Below are positions 50,463 to 62,492 of a stretch of DNA of 64,000 nucleotides, one piece after another. The stretch lies in NCBI GenBank assembly GCA_963707025.1, contig CAVPOM010000004.1:843735-907734 (forward strand), read 5' to 3'. The number at the start of each line of letters is the position of its first letter. The first letter of the stretch is position 1. The stretch comes from an uncultured Verrucomicrobiae bacterium (GTDB taxonomy: Bacteria; Verrucomicrobiota; Verrucomicrobiia; Limisphaerales; Palsa-1400). Under the pieces are notes generated by a model. That model searched no databases, was not told the DNA's origin, and saw only the letters and a list, made by a program, of their open reading frames with translations. A program made the position numbers and the translations under genes.

Positions 50463-52658
50463 TCAGTATTGGACCGCGATTTCGCGTGGCACAACGTCGT
50501 TCTGGAAATGAATCCAAAGCAACTGCTCTTTGGCGGAGTAGGCAAAGGTCGTCAACGGTTTCCCATCCAAACTCACGCCACGGGGAGCCTGGGTGGATTC
50601 CAAAAGCAGGATGGCCGGCGTGTCACCCACCCCTTCGACCGTAAAACTGATTTGATGGCGTGTTTGCCCTTTGGCCACCGCCTTGCAGGCGGAGGCGAGC
50701 AAATGCGGCCTGCCGGTGCGGGCCGCGGCCAAGTCGAGCAAAAACCAGCGCGTGCCAGGATTGATGGCAATATCGTTTTGGACGCGCAGTTCGGAATCAA
50801 AGAGATTGACGAACCGTCCATGCAGTGTGCGCGGCCGGCCTCCAATGGATTCATCCAGCCCGGCCGCGACGAGCCAGGGGCCGCGGCGGAGCAGAAGATA
50901 ATTTGAATTGCGCCACTTCAGGCCGATGCTCGTGGCGGCCAGTTCGGTCGCCGCCAAGACTTGAGCCGCGCCCTGCGCGCTGGCCGCAAAGGCGGCGGGC
51001 CGTTCCCGCCGCCAGATCAAACCGCCCCGGTTAATGCGAATGAATTGGTTGGCCGCAACGGATTTTCCAACTCCCAGCAGTTCGAAAAGATGTTCGCGCG
51101 GCGTGGCGTAATTATTTGCGGCGCTGTTCCACCATTCACGAATGTTGAGATAGGGATCGGCGTCCTGGTCGCAAAAAATGAGCACTCCGCCGCGTTTGAC
51201 CCAGGCCGCCAGCGGCGCGTGAACTTCGGGCGACAAGGGCTTTTGTCCATCATAGCTCAACAGCAGGATGCGGCAGTTATCCAAATAATGAGGCACGGTG
51301 ACGTTTTCGAGCTGGACGGGCGTGACGGGCAAGCCTTGTTTGAGCAGGGGCAGGGCCAAACCATAAACGTTGCCCAGATCGGGATCGCTCGGCGTCGGTC
51401 CGCCGCGCTGGAACATAAGCGAGTCGCTGACCAGCACCCCGACGCCGGCCGTGCCGCAATCCCATTCCACGCGCGCTTGCTTCATGTCGTTGAGCGCGTT
51501 GAAGACCGTCTGCAATTCGGCGGCATAGGCCGGTGGGATGGGTTGGCGGTCGGCGGGCCTGGCCGAGCGGGGATAGCGGCCGCCAAAAACCCGTTCCGGC
51601 CAGGGGGCGACTTCGAATTTCGCCACCTCCGGCTGGAACAAGGAAGCCGTCAGGGTGGATTCCCAATTGGTGCGATAATCGGTCCAGTCGTGATTGGCGT
51701 TGTCTTCAATCGGATCATTCAGATACCAGACGGAGCGTCCCGTGGCGCGGACCAGATTTTGCATGGCGCCGTATTCCAGGAAGGCGGTCTCAAAAGTGCG
51801 CGAACGCGCCAGGCCGGCAAAGCGATTGGGGGTGCGGGAGGTGCCGGTCCAAACTTGGGCGATGTAGCCATCGCACCCCTGGAGTTGGGCGAGGCTGGAT
51901 TCCGGGCTGACAATGCGCCACTGGGCGTAATTGAGCAAACTGTGGGTCGGCACGTAGCAATGGACATGGCGGCCGGTGCGTTGATTGTAAAGCTGGACGT
52001 AATCGAAGACCTGTTGCAGGGCGCGGCGATAGAGGAAATACTTCAGTTTGGAGGAGCGCCAATGGGCATCCACCGAACTGTCCGGCGGCTGCCATTCCTC
52101 GTGGTAATAATTGCGCCATTCGCGCTTGAAACCTTCCGAGTAACCGGCGCGATCCCAGAACTCCGGTTCCTCCAAGTGAATCGCCTCCGCCCCGGCATCC
52201 AGCGCGCGCTGCACGCCGACGCAAAGGAATTTGCCGTAGTTCTCGCCGGGCGACATATAATAGACATCGCCGCCGTGGCTGATTTTTTGGCCGCTGCGTT
52301 CGGTTTGGGCCTCGTCCTCGTGGTTCACCCCGTCGAAGCGGCCATAGAGGTAATCTTGATATTGTCCCCACGCGACCCCCGTCATGACGTGAATGCGATA
52401 GCCCCGGTCGCGCCACGAGGCAATGCGGGCCGGCAGATTGGTGTCAATGCCATAGACGATGGCGACGTCGGAACGCAAATTCCCCCGCGGACTCCACGCC
52501 TGGCCCGTTTGAAAGCAAGTGCGTTCCAGAACTTGCCCGGGGTCAGCCGGAAACGGCGTGGTGCCTGCTTTGACTGACTGGCACGAAACCATGGCGAGCA
52601 GGCAGGGCAGGACCATCAGGTTCCGGGTGATCTCTCTGGATGTTTTGTTCATTTGCAT
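50463..52658 (-). CDS. Putative lipoprotein, glycoside-hydrolase-like (TIM barrel plus GH42-trimerisation-like domain)
   Basis: LAMVSC lipobox-like sequence; HLEEPEF; 'AWVKRGGVLI' class-I-GATase-like domain. Confidence 0.6.
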   Translation of the reverse strand: MQMNKTSREITRNLMVLPCLLAMVSCQSVKAGTTPFPADPGQVLERTCFQTGQAWSPRGNLRSDVAIVYGIDTNLPARIASWRDRGYRIHVMTGVAWGQYQDYLYGRFDGVNHEDEAQTERSGQKISHGGDVYYMSPGENYGKFLCVGVQRALDAGAEAIHLEEPEFWDRAGYSEGFKREWRNYYHEEWQPPDSSVDAHWRSSKLKYFLYRRALQQVFDYVQLYNQRTGRHVHCYVPTHSLLNYAQWRIVSPESSLAQLQGCDGYIAQVWTGTSRTPNRFAGLARSRTFETAFLEYGAMQNLVRATGRSVWYLNDPIEDNANHDWTDYRTNWESTLTASLFQPEVAKFEVAPWPERVFGGRYPRSARPADRQPIPPAYAAELQTVFNALNDMKQARVEWDCGTAGVGVLVSDSLMFQRGGPTPSDPDLGNVYGLALPLLKQGLPVTPVQLENVTVPHYLDNCRILLLSYDGQKPLSPEVHAPLAAWVKRGGVLIFCDQDADPYLNIREWWNSAANNYATPREHLFELLGVGKSVAANQFIRINRGGLIWRRERPAAFAASAQGAAQVLAATELAATSIGLKWRNSNYLLLRRGPWLVAAGLDESIGGRPRTLHGRFVNLFDSELRVQNDIAINPGTRWFLLDLAAARTGRPHLLASACKAVAKGQTRHQISFTVEGVGDTPAILLLESTQAPRGVSLDGKPLTTFAYSAKEQLLWIHFQNDVVPREIAVQY

Positions 52659-52667
52659 AGTTTTTGC

Positions 52668-53723
52668 CTATTTCCAAACTCGGGCCAACTGCTCCAGCTT
52701 CGCCAGCGCCCGGCCCGAATCCACCAATTCCTCCGCCAGTTCCCAACCCTCCGTCAGCGACGCCGCCTGCTCCGCCACGAACAACGCCGCCGCACTATTA
52801 AGCAACACCGCGTCCCGTTTCGGCCCCCGGTCCTGGCCCCGCAGCAATTGCCGCACGATTTGCGCGTTCGCCTCCCGGTCCCCGCCGGACAGGTCCGCCA
52901 GGAGGGCCGGCTGCACGGGAAAACCGCGGGGCGACAAGGTGGAAACCGAGAATCCGCGCTCCTGATAAAACTCCGCGATGCAATTGTCGCCCAAAGCGGA
53001 AAGCTCGTCCAAATGCGCGACCGCGCCCGAAAAAGGAACTTCCCCCGACGCCACCATTCCCCGCCGCGCCCCCAGCAATTGCAGGACTTGCGCGATCGGC
53101 TGGCACAATTCCGGCCGCGGCACGCCAATGAATTGCGTGGCCGGCCGCACGGGATTGAGCAGGGGACCCAGAAAATTAAAAATGGTCCGCTGCCCGCGCG
53201 CCGCGCAAAGTTTTCGCGCCGGAGCAATTTGGAGGAAAGCAGGATGATATTTGGGCGCGAAAAAAAAGGCGAACTGATGATCGCGCAACCCCAGCGCGGC
53301 CTCCTCCGGCTCCAGATCGGTCTTGATCCCCAGCGCCTCCAGCACATCCGCGCTCCCCGCCTGCGAAGTGATGGCGCGGTTGCCGTGCTTGGCCACCGTG
53401 ACCCCCGCGGCCGCGGCGATCAGCGCGACCGTGGTGGAAATGTTAAACGTATTGAGCCGGTCGCCGCCCGTGCCGCAGACATCCAGAATCTGGCGCGCGC
53501 GTGTTTCCGCATGCAGTGGCGGGGCGATGGATTTGGCGCGCAATTCCCGCGCGAACGCGGCGATTTCCGAAACGATTTCCCCTTTGCGCGCCAGCGCGGT
53601 GAGAAACTCAGCCTTGATCTGCGGCGCCACGTCCTGGCGGATCAGCGCCTCCACCGCGCGCGCCACCTCGGCATCGGTCAGCGATTGCCTGTCCGCCAAT
53701 TGTTGCGTCAAAACTTCCAGCAC
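52668..53723 (-). CDS. trpD: Anthranilate phosphoribosyltransferase
   Basis: DVCGTGGD, FNIST, KHGNRAITS, GSADVLEALG and RTIFNFLGPLLNP. Confidence 0.96.
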   Translation of the reverse strand: MLEVLTQQLADRQSLTDAEVARAVEALIRQDVAPQIKAEFLTALARKGEIVSEIAAFARELRAKSIAPPLHAETRARQILDVCGTGGDRLNTFNISTTVALIAAAAGVTVAKHGNRAITSQAGSADVLEALGIKTDLEPEEAALGLRDHQFAFFFAPKYHPAFLQIAPARKLCAARGQRTIFNFLGPLLNPVRPATQFIGVPRPELCQPIAQVLQLLGARRGMVASGEVPFSGAVAHLDELSALGDNCIAEFYQERGFSVSTLSPRGFPVQPALLADLSGGDREANAQIVRQLLRGQDRGPKRDAVLLNSAAALFVAEQAASLTEGWELAEELVDSGRALAKLEQLARVWK

Positions 53724-53926
53724 CCGGGAACATTAGAACATCCCATGAACTTTGCCAGTGTTCAATTCCAACGCGGCAGGGCGAGGCTCCGCCGAGGGGT
53801 CCCTCGATTTCCTGGGATTTAGTCACGGCTCGAACAGAGTCTCGCCCCGCCGGCTGGTGGTTCGGGTGATTTCTCTGTCTCGTTCCCTATTGCATGGAGG
53901 CGCGTCCGCCGTCACTCTTTACCACC

Positions 53927-54949
53927 ATGACCTCGGTCGTTTTATCAACCCACACCGCCGCGCTCTTCGCCGAGGCGGTGGAACGGGCCGCCGCGCTGCT
54001 GCGCGCCGGGCAGTTGGTCGCGCTGCCCACCGAAACCGTCTATGGCCTGGCCGCCAATGCCTGGGACGCCGCCGCCGTCGCCCGCATTTATGAGGTCAAA
54101 GGCCGGCCCGCGCGCAATCCCATCATCGTTCACGTCGCCAGTTTGGAACTGGCGCGGGACTGTGTTGCCGGGTGGCCGCCTGTGGCGGATAAACTGGCCA
54201 AGGCGTTCTGGCCCGGCCCGCTTACCCTGGTTTTGCCCCGTTCGCCGCGCATCCCGGATAGCGTCACCGCCGGCGGTCCGACCGTGGGCGTGCGCTGGCC
54301 CTCGCATCCTTTCATCCAGGCGGTCATCCGCGCCTGTGGTTTTCCCCTCGCCGCCCCCAGCGCCAATCCCGCCAATCAAGTTTCCCCCACCCAGGCCGCG
54401 CATGTGCGCAAGGCCTTTGACGGCAAAATTCCCCTCATCGTGGATGGCGGCCCGTCGCAAGTGGGCTTGGAGTCCACCGTGCTGGACCTCGCCGCCGCGC
54501 CGCCGCGCCTGTTGCGTCCGGGCATGATCCATGCCGAGTCCTTGCTGGCGGTCATGGGAGAAGCGGAGTTGCGCCTGGCCGCGCCCGATTGGCCGGCGGG
54601 CGCAGAAACCATCCTGCGCAGCCCGGGAATGCTGCCCAAACACTATTCCCCCAAAGCGAAATTGTTGATCCTCGCCTGGCGCGACCAGGCCGATCTGTCC
54701 TCGCAACTCCAGCCGCTGCCATTTCGCCCAGAAGAAACCTGCATCATCGCCTACAGCCGGATCCCGTTGTCCGGTAGTTTTGGCAGGGTGGCCGTGCTCC
54801 CCCACGACGCCGCAGCCTTCGCCCGCGCCCTCTACGCCGAACTCCATCAATGCGACGAGTCCGGCGCGGCCCTCATCGTCGTGGAAGCCCCGCCCCCGCG
54901 CGAGGCCTGGCGCGCCATCGCCGACCGCCTCTCCCGCGCCGCTCAATAA
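53927..54949 (+). CDS. sua5: L-threonylcarbamoyladenylate synthase (Sua5 type)
   Basis: PTETVYGL, KGRPARNPIIVH, FWPGPLT, AAPSAN and the SPGM..HYSP linker. Confidence 0.95.
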   Translation: MTSVVLSTHTAALFAEAVERAAALLRAGQLVALPTETVYGLAANAWDAAAVARIYEVKGRPARNPIIVHVASLELARDCVAGWPPVADKLAKAFWPGPLTLVLPRSPRIPDSVTAGGPTVGVRWPSHPFIQAVIRACGFPLAAPSANPANQVSPTQAAHVRKAFDGKIPLIVDGGPSQVGLESTVLDLAAAPPRLLRPGMIHAESLLAVMGEAELRLAAPDWPAGAETILRSPGMLPKHYSPKAKLLILAWRDQADLSSQLQPLPFRPEETCIIAYSRIPLSGSFGRVAVLPHDAAAFARALYAELHQCDESGAALIVVEAPPPREAWRAIADRLSRAAQ

Positions 54950-54953
54950 TTTC

Positions 54954-54985
54954 CTAATCATAATCTTAATCTTAATCCTAATCCT
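54954..54985. repeat. Hexamer tandem repeat (TAATCN)n
   Basis: cctaatcataatcttaatcttaatcctaatcc immediately after sua5. Confidence 0.6.
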
Positions 54986-55076
54986 CTTTGTCCCGCCGCA
55001 AGGCCGGGGCCAGGGCATGATTGACGAAAAAATTGAAGTGGGCCAGACTGGCCGCCGTCCAAAGACGAACGAAGTG

Positions 55077-56594
55077 ATGAAACCATCCGGTATTTTATGG
55101 GGGTTGCTGTGCTGCGCCGCCGCCGCCCAGGCGCAAACGAACAAAACTCAATTGCTGACTCTGGAACAAGCCATCCAGATGGCCATCGAGCACAACCTCA
55201 ATCTGAAAATCCAGCGTTACATACCGGAGCTCGATCAATTTACCCTGGGCGCTGTTTACGGCACGGCCTACGAACCGGCCTTCAACAGCACCTATAAAGG
55301 CGGTCACACCGACGCTCCGGGCCAGCTTATCAATGGCATCACGGTTCCAAGTCTGGACACTGATTATCAAGATTTCCAGTTTGGCATCGGCGGCGCCAAC
55401 GGCGGCAACGCGCTGACGCCCTGGGGCCTGCAATACAGTTTGACCAGCACCATGGACAGGAATGATTATCAAACCTTCACCAGCAACGGCCTGCCCAGGG
55501 CTCCGTTCGCGCAGGACGCCACCTCCGCCAGCCTCAATCTGCAGCAACCCTTGTTAAAAAATTTTTGGATAGACAGCAACCGGGCCACCATTCTGATCGC
55601 CAAGAAAACCATGCAATACGATGAATTCGGCTTTTACCTTGCCGTGATGACCAACATCAGCTCCACCGAGCAGGCTTATTATGAATTGAATTATGCCTTT
55701 GAAAATGTCCGGGTGCAGGAAGACGCGGTTCGCCTGGCGGAACAACTGGTGTCGGAAAATAAACGGAGAGTGCAGGCCGGCGTCCTCACCGACCTGGACG
55801 TGGCGCAATCCCAATCGCAACTGGCGACCAGCCAGGCGGCCCTGCTGGCGGCGCAGCAACTGGTCATCCAGGACGAAAACAATTTGAAAGCGCTCATCAC
55901 CGACAAGTACCGGGATTTGTACGACGTGAAGCTCATTCCCGCGGAAAAATTGCTGGCGCTGCCCGAAATGTTCGACCTGGAAGGAAGCTGGCAAACCGCC
56001 ATGACCAGGCGCCCCGACCTGTTGCAGGCCAAAGTGGCCGTGGAACGGCTGGATGTCAGCCGGCGGTTCCAGAAAAACCAGCTTTTCCCCGAACTGGATC
56101 TGACCGGCAGCTATGGCCGCACCGGATTGAATGGAAGCCTGGGCAGTTCTTTGGGTGAAATTCCAGGCAACAATTTCCCCAGTTATTCCTACGGCGCGAT
56201 CCTGACCGTTCCCCTCGGCAATCAGGCCGCGCGCAACAATTACAAGGCGGCCAAGGCTTCCAAAGAACAAGCCGAGGCCGTCTATCAAATGGTGGAGCAG
56301 AATATGTTGATTCAAATCCAGAACACCATCGAGAAGGCCAAAAGCGACTTCCAGCAAACCAAAGCCACGCGCGACGCCCGCGATTACGCCGACCAGGCCC
56401 TCCAGGCCGAGCAAAAAAAGTTGCAAGTTGGCACCAGCACCTCGTTTATTGTCCTGCAACTGCAAAGCAATTTGACCGCCGCCCGCTCCGCGGAAATCCG
56501 CGCCCTGGCCGATTACAATGAAGACCTGGCCCAACTGGCCCAATTCGAAGGGACCATCCTGGAAAGACACCATCTGACCGTGAAGATCTATTGA
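55077..56594 (+). CDS. TolC-family outer membrane protein
   Basis: Signal peptide, [24 protein letters not shown] and the two-fold OEP repeat. Confidence 0.9.
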   Translation: MKPSGILWGLLCCAAAAQAQTNKTQLLTLEQAIQMAIEHNLNLKIQRYIPELDQFTLGAVYGTAYEPAFNSTYKGGHTDAPGQLINGITVPSLDTDYQDFQFGIGGANGGNALTPWGLQYSLTSTMDRNDYQTFTSNGLPRAPFAQDATSASLNLQQPLLKNFWIDSNRATILIAKKTMQYDEFGFYLAVMTNISSTEQAYYELNYAFENVRVQEDAVRLAEQLVSENKRRVQAGVLTDLDVAQSQSQLATSQAALLAAQQLVIQDENNLKALITDKYRDLYDVKLIPAEKLLALPEMFDLEGSWQTAMTRRPDLLQAKVAVERLDVSRRFQKNQLFPELDLTGSYGRTGLNGSLGSSLGEIPGNNFPSYSYGAILTVPLGNQAARNNYKAAKASKEQAEAVYQMVEQNMLIQIQNTIEKAKSDFQQTKATRDARDYADQALQAEQKKLQVGTSTSFIVLQLQSNLTAARSAEIRALADYNEDLAQLAQFEGTILERHHLTVKIY

Positions 56595-56608
56595 CGGGGG
56601 TTGAACTT

Positions 56609-57442
56609 GTGAAGCAATACCTCGACCTTTTGCAAAACATCCTCGATCATGGCGCCATGCGAGGCGACCGGACGGGAACCGGGACACGGAGCATCTTCGG
56701 GGCGCAATTGCGCTTTGCCTTGTCGCAGGGATTCCCGCTGGTGACGACCCGGAAGGTCTTCTTCAAAGGCGTTATCCACGAACTTCTCTGGTTTCTCGCC
56801 GGCGACACCAACATCAAATATCTGACGGACCATCATGTTCACATTTGGGATGCCTGGGCGGATGAAAAAGGAGACTTGGGTCCCGTCTATGGCGCGCAAT
56901 GGCGGGCCTGGGAAGCGCCGGACGGGAGGAAAATAGACCAAATAAGTCAGCTCATCCACCAAATCCGGACCAAGCCGGAATCACGGCGGCATCTTGTGAG
57001 CGCCTGGAATCCCGCGGTGCTCCCGAACGAAGGAAGAAGCCCACAGGATAATGTCCGGGCGGGATGCGCCGCCTTGGCCTCCTGCCACGCCCTCTTTCAA
57101 TTCTACGTTGCCGAGGGGCGGCTGTCGTGCCAACTCTACCAACGCTCGGTTGACTGCCCGGTTGGCATGTGTTTCAACGTGCCGCAATACTCGTTGTTGA
57201 CACACCTGGTCGCACAGCAGTGCGATCTGGAGCCCGGCGACTTCGTCTGGACCGGCGGCGACTGCCACATTTACCTCAACCAGATTGAAGGCGTCCGGGA
57301 GCAACTCACGCGGGAACCTCGGCCGCTGCCGAAGCTGATCATCAAACGCAAACCCGCCTCCATCTTCGAATACCAGTTCGAGGATTTTGAAATCGCCGGC
57401 TACGACCCGCATCCACCGATCAAGTATCCCGTGGCGGTGTGA
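56609..57442 (+). CDS. thyA: Thymidylate synthase (canonical)
   Basis: DRTGTGT, FPLVTT, ELLWFL, LGPVYG, SRR, SCH, YQRSVD...FN and DCHIY. Confidence 0.97.
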   Translation: MKQYLDLLQNILDHGAMRGDRTGTGTRSIFGAQLRFALSQGFPLVTTRKVFFKGVIHELLWFLAGDTNIKYLTDHHVHIWDAWADEKGDLGPVYGAQWRAWEAPDGRKIDQISQLIHQIRTKPESRRHLVSAWNPAVLPNEGRSPQDNVRAGCAALASCHALFQFYVAEGRLSCQLYQRSVDCPVGMCFNVPQYSLLTHLVAQQCDLEPGDFVWTGGDCHIYLNQIEGVREQLTREPRPLPKLIIKRKPASIFEYQFEDFEIAGYDPHPPIKYPVAV

Positions 57443-57616
57443 TTTCGGGCTGCCTGAATCCTGCCATGCAGCTTCAGTCCTTAAGCGTCGGCAGTCGTTC
57501 AACCAACGGCCATAATGGGAAAGAGATTTGGCAGCCTGAACTGACTTCGGGCGGGGTTGCAGGTTGATACTGTCCCCAAGGTGAGGGACTGTGCATAGCG
57601 ATTCAAAGGGTTGATC

Positions 57617-60368
57617 TCACTGCGGCACGAGATAGGACTGCGTCCAATCCGGCGGCGGCTGCTCGGCGGACTGGAGTTGCGCCTGCCATCCGGCGTCGGT
57701 GAGTCGGGTGGTTCCGGGAACCTCAAACTCGTAATGGCTCAATACCGGCCCGGCATAGACCATTCGGCTCGACCCATTGTCCACAGCGATCATGATCAGA
57801 TTCACACTTCCCGCGGCTTCGTGCAGAACGGCTCCGGGGTCATTAATAAGAGGATTGGGCGGATCGGTCTGAACATCGGTGACCAAAGCGTCCCACTTCT
57901 CCGACCCTAAAGTCGCGTCGAATTGCCACGTTGAATAGACGCTATCGTAGAAGAGTTGGGGATACCATCCATTGAACTGTGACTGGCCAGAGTAAGAAAA
58001 GTGCTGCTCCATGAGGTTCAGGACCATATTGGTTTCCGCATCGCTGTAGGGCTGCTGGGCCAATTCCCTCTCCGCCATGTCCTGCAAGGTCAGCATTTGC
58101 GCGGCGAAATTAGTAAGACAGCTAAATTCGGCCGACTGAATGGCCGGGAGATCGGTACTGAATCATTGGCGGCGGGGGCGCGGAAGGCGCGCGGCTCGGC
58201 AGTGTGATGGTCCCGGAAAGAGGCAGCGCGGCGATGGCGGTGGCCGCCACCGTGCATAACACGTTCATCGCCTGCCAGAATTCCGGACGCGGCTCGACGT
58301 ATCCAGCCGGGTAGTCGCAGAGAATCTCCCCACTGTAAGGCTGCGCATCATAAAGCACCGTGTCATGTTTGAGTTCCGTCCAAGATGCCAGTTGGGTGTT
58401 GAGGTTTTTCATGGCCCAAGCCTGAGTCCGCATCGCCTCGGGATACTCCGAATCGGTCGTGGGCGCGGACAACGCGCGAAGCGCCCCCAGCCAAGCCGTG
58501 TACATACTGTTGTTCCAGGCCCCGGAGTTCTGACTGTCTATGACGTTGCGCACCGCCGCCAGATTTGATTGATAGGGCAGTCCGTCACGAAATGGAGCGC
58601 CGTTGGTTGCCGTCATGCGCGAGGCAAGTTCCGGCACGATCGAGTTGTTGCCGAAAACTGAGAAGGCAACGTCCAGGCAACTCGGCCTCATGCGAAAAAC
58701 CCAGTTGCCGGTACTGGGCCATGTCACCTCTGAGAATGCCCAGGCATCCATGGTGAAGCGCTGGCTGAAGACCGCGAAGGACCGAGGCAGTTTTGGGATG
58801 TCTTCAGTAAAGGGATCGTAGAAAAAGATCCCGCTGCCAAAGGTTTCAAGGCCGAGTTCGCCGGTCAGCAACCGCGTTTGCAGTTCCGTCAGCGTGAACA
58901 AATCCGGCACATCGGCGGGCGAATGGATATTGGCAGCGCAGAGCAGGCTTTGCAATTGGGGGAACGTCATGGACTCAGGAACGCCTACAAAACCGCGAAT
59001 CGCTTGGTCCAAAGCCGACCAGGCTGGGTATTGGCCACTTTGCTGCAACAGATATTCCATGACAACCGTGGTGCCCAATTCACGAATATCGTCCTCCCGT
59101 TTGGGGTAAAAGGTCGCAACCCGCAGGTCAATCAGCGAACACCACATCATAGTCTGAAAGTAACGTTGCAGCCGCACAGAATTGGTGTAGTGCCCCCGCA
59201 CCTGGAATTGCGAGAAATCAATGGTGCGAGTCGTGCCGAAGAGATTGAAATCCTGAATCGCCAGACTCTGGACGGCTGCCAGTGCTGCGCTAACACGAGA
59301 GTCAACGCCGAGGTAACTGGGCACCCGCTGGCCGTTCCAAAGGCTGCGCGCCACGGTCAGGAAAAAATCCGCGTCCTGAATGCTCGAGTTGAGTGGCTGT
59401 CTAATGCCGCCGTAGAGCTGCGCCGTCTGCGGAATCTGCGCCGCCATATTCGTAATCACCTGCTCCATCAAGGTCGCCATTTCCAGTTCTTCCAGTTCCT
59501 CCAGCATATTGTCGTAGGTGCGGTGCCACGCTTGCAGGACCGAATCGGCGGAAATGAACACCGGCATCTCATCGCTCAAAAGCTTGTAATAAACTTGGCC
59601 GAAGCTCTGATTGCCCAGGCGCTCGCTGACGACGAAACCGTTGGTCATAAAGATGGAGAATTCATTGCTATTGAGGCGAAAATCCGTCTGGCGCTGCCCT
59701 TCTCCATTTGTGTGCGTTTCGTTCCAAACCGCCGGATCGGTGTTGAAATTCGTCCAATACTGGGCTGTCGTCGGGTCCCAATCCAATTGGGGAAGATATG
59801 CCGGTAGCGGATAGTTGGTCAAAAAACCGCCGATGGATAACGATTGCAGTTGGGCCATCTGCGATCCGAACAGCGTGTCATAGCCAAAGACATCGGCGCC
59901 GCCGCTGGCGGTTTCATTTGTCGATTGGGAATTGGTGGAAGCAACGGCACGGTAGAAACCCAGGCTGCCCTGGTTGGCCAAGGAAATGTTCAGCGAAGGT
60001 CCAGACACGCCGCTGATGCCGCGCACCTTCCCGCCGACCGGCGCCCAGTGCGTCAGGTCCGGGCTGCCCAGGATCGTGTATTCCGGAAATATCTGGCCTT
60101 GCTGCGGGACCGTTATTTCAGAGGGTGCGGAAAGATTGACGTTCGAGGAGCCAGTGCTGATGCCAAGGACCACCTGTCCGGAGCAGCGATAGGCCAGGGC
60201 GCAAGATGCCAGAACACCAAGGACAAGAAGAGTTTTTGCCAACGCCTGGGTGGTCCTATGTTTCGATCCTGCCAAAAAACGGGATGCGTCCTGCCAGGAT
60301 ACGTGATCGGGCCACTGCAACTTGGGGTGCTCCAGATTCGCCTGAAATGCGGGGAGAAAATCCATCAA
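57617..60368 (-). pseudogene. DUF3160-type secreted protein with one frameshift near 58170
   Basis: NGFVV, PVFISADSVL, DFSQFQVRGHY, LASWTELKHDTVLY and GYVEPRP; the C-terminal fragment has LVTDV and AGPVLSHYEF. Confidence 0.8.
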
Positions 60369-60409
60369 ACAAAATTAGCTGATCTTTGCGCTACATGCAA
60401 GTTTAATTA

Positions 60410-60434
60410 AAAAGCCTAATCCGTTTGGGCTTTT
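60410..60434 (-). terminator. Possible intrinsic terminator
   Basis: AAAAGCCTAA-loop-TTGGGCTTTT hairpin downstream of the 60542-62164 gene. Confidence 0.4.
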
Positions 60435-60541
60435 GGGACAGGAACTGGTAGAATGCACTTACCAATCAAGTTCGACGATTCTGCGTTGGCCGGCTACGAC
60501 CCGCACCCCGGCATCAAGGCGGCCATCGCCGTCTGATCGGC

Positions 60542-62164
60542 CTATTTCTCCAAGGTCAGCCCGGCCAGAAACGGGGCCGCGCCGCTCAGGGTGGAGAGGT
60601 AATCCACGCTGGCAATCTCCACGCCGGGCTGCGGATTGGCAAAGGTGGTCTTGTAAATGCGCGCCGCCAAAATGGGCGGAGACTGCGGCAGCCGGGAGTC
60701 ATTTCCCACCCAGGCCAGCTCCGTGCCCCGGTCTTTGGGGGCGAGCTGTTCCCCTGCTGCCGGGGTCGTGTAAATGGGGCCCAGCCAGTCCAGCAGATGC
60801 TCCCCGGAAACGATGGCCAGTTCCCGGGTGGAGCCATCGGCGTAATGGAGGACGAGTTTGGCGATCGTCACATCCAGATCCATGACATGGCTGGCCCCGT
60901 GCAGCAGATGAATCTGGCGGCATTTTTGGGAGATCGGGATGTTTTTGCGGATGACCGGATAAAGGCGGTTGGCGCTCAACAGGCTGCGGCCCATCAATTG
61001 TATCTTCCCGGACACGGCAAAGGACACGCCGCCGAAGGTGTGAATTCCCTGCGGCAACCCCGCCAGGTCCGTTTCCGGGGCTTCCTTGAAACCGGAAGTT
61101 GGGGTGGTCCGGCCGACGTTCACGTAAGGCTGCAAATCAATCATCCTCTGGTTTTCCGTGCTGGCGGCGACTTGGCGCAATTGGAGTCGCTCGATCACCG
61201 CCGCGCTCTCGGCGGGCCAGGTGTGGGTCCGCAGCGCCGCCGCGCGGGCCGGGCCTTGCAAAAGTTCGGCCCGTCCCCGCATGATGTTGCGGCCAATCAG
61301 GAGTCCCAGCGCCAGGATGGCCGCCAAGGCCGGTGTGGAAATCCAGTAAGTTGGCGTGGTCAAAAACTTGTTGGCCCATGGCTCTCCCCGGTCCAAGGGA
61401 TGAAGCCGGAGGAGGTTTTCGCCTTTCCTCGCCGCCAGGGAACGCGACGGACCGGCCAAAACCGGGAGCCGCCGCACCCTCTGGCGTTGGCGCAGCAACG
61501 CCCCCGCCGCGACCAGCCAGGGGATGGACGCGCCCATCCAGTTTGGGGAGGAACCCCAGCCCAGGCCGATGCTGTCCGGCGAAATATCCGCCCAACTGAA
61601 CGCCCCGCTCAGCGAGCAAACGGCGCACGCCGTGAGCATCCATTTCCGGCCGGAGACGGAGCGGCGCGCCAGCCAGCAAAACAGCCCGGCCATGGCGGCG
61701 ACGGCGGCGCCGTTGAGCGTCGCGTTCAACGGCCGCGAGTACTTCAGGAATTCGTTTGGGTCCAAAGCCAGGGCATGGGCGGTGTCAATGGTCACCAGAT
61801 AGGCCGGCCCAAAAAGGTGGCCGATCAACCAAACGCCTCCTGCCAGGATCAAGCCGCACAGCAGCCACAGCGGCAAAAAACCAAACAGCGGCAACAGACA
61901 AAAACCGATGACAGGATGACGTCCCCACCACGAGGATTGCCGCATGATGCCGGCGAGTCTTTCCGCCAGGCCGGACGGCTCGCCCAGTTGCGCCGCCGCG
62001 CGGGCTTCGGCTTCGGCCTCGGTTAATCCTTCCTCCAGCGCGGCTTGTTTCAAGTCGGCGTGGTGGTCGGCCAGTTCCCGGGCCTTGTGCCGTGCCTGTC
62101 GCGCCGGGCAGCCCAACTCCAGCAGGCGGCGCTCGAATTGTCCGATGGCCGCGGTTTCAGGCAT
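60542..62164 (-). CDS. Membrane protein with an N-terminal permease-prefix/HAAS-like domain and a C-terminal beta-rich extracytoplasmic domain
   Basis: ELADH...GLTEAEAEARAAAQLGEP signature and several TM helices; overlaps padR. Confidence 0.75.
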   Translation of the reverse strand: MPETAAIGQFERRLLELGCPARQARHKARELADHHADLKQAALEEGLTEAEAEARAAAQLGEPSGLAERLAGIMRQSSWWGRHPVIGFCLLPLFGFLPLWLLCGLILAGGVWLIGHLFGPAYLVTIDTAHALALDPNEFLKYSRPLNATLNGAAVAAMAGLFCWLARRSVSGRKWMLTACAVCSLSGAFSWADISPDSIGLGWGSSPNWMGASIPWLVAAGALLRQRQRVRRLPVLAGPSRSLAARKGENLLRLHPLDRGEPWANKFLTTPTYWISTPALAAILALGLLIGRNIMRGRAELLQGPARAAALRTHTWPAESAAVIERLQLRQVAASTENQRMIDLQPYVNVGRTTPTSGFKEAPETDLAGLPQGIHTFGGVSFAVSGKIQLMGRSLLSANRLYPVIRKNIPISQKCRQIHLLHGASHVMDLDVTIAKLVLHYADGSTRELAIVSGEHLLDWLGPIYTTPAAGEQLAPKDRGTELAWVGNDSRLPQSPPILAARIYKTTFANPQPGVEIASVDYLSTLSGAAPFLAGLTLEK

Positions 62165-62492
62165 GTTCCCCCCGCAGCAACAGCGCGATCCCTTCCGTCA
62201 CCCGGTTCCATTCGGTGGCTAAATCTCCCAGCCGCTTTTTGCCCTGCCGGGTGATCTGGTAATAATTTCGACTGCGGCCATTGACCTCTTTGCGGCGGCT
62301 GGTGACCAGTGCCTCCTCCTCCAGATAATGCAGGTAGGGATAAATGCAACCTTCGCCGAAGGCCAGGCTCTGCCGCGTTTCGTTTTGGATGGCCTTGACG
62401 ATTTCGTAGCCGTACATTTCGCGCCGGGACAGAAGCTGGAGCACCAGCAATTCCGGGACGCCGTTCAGGAAGGTTGGATTGGATTTGCGCAT
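62157..62492 (-). CDS. PadR-family transcriptional regulator
   Basis: MYGYEI, EGCIYPYL and RNYYQITRQG; upstream TTGACA-N18-TATCAT. Confidence 0.93.
   Translation of the reverse strand: MRKSNPTFLNGVPELLVLQLLSRREMYGYEIVKAIQNETRQSLAFGEGCIYPYLHYLEEEALVTSRRKEVNGRSRNYYQITRQGKKRLGDLATEWNRVTEGIALLLRGEHA

Noticed and set aside
35638..52577. Long plus-strand ORFs opposite trxB/hisB, the peptidase, feoB and the GH-like gene
   Set aside because: Shadow ORFs; the opposite strand carries clear family motifs.
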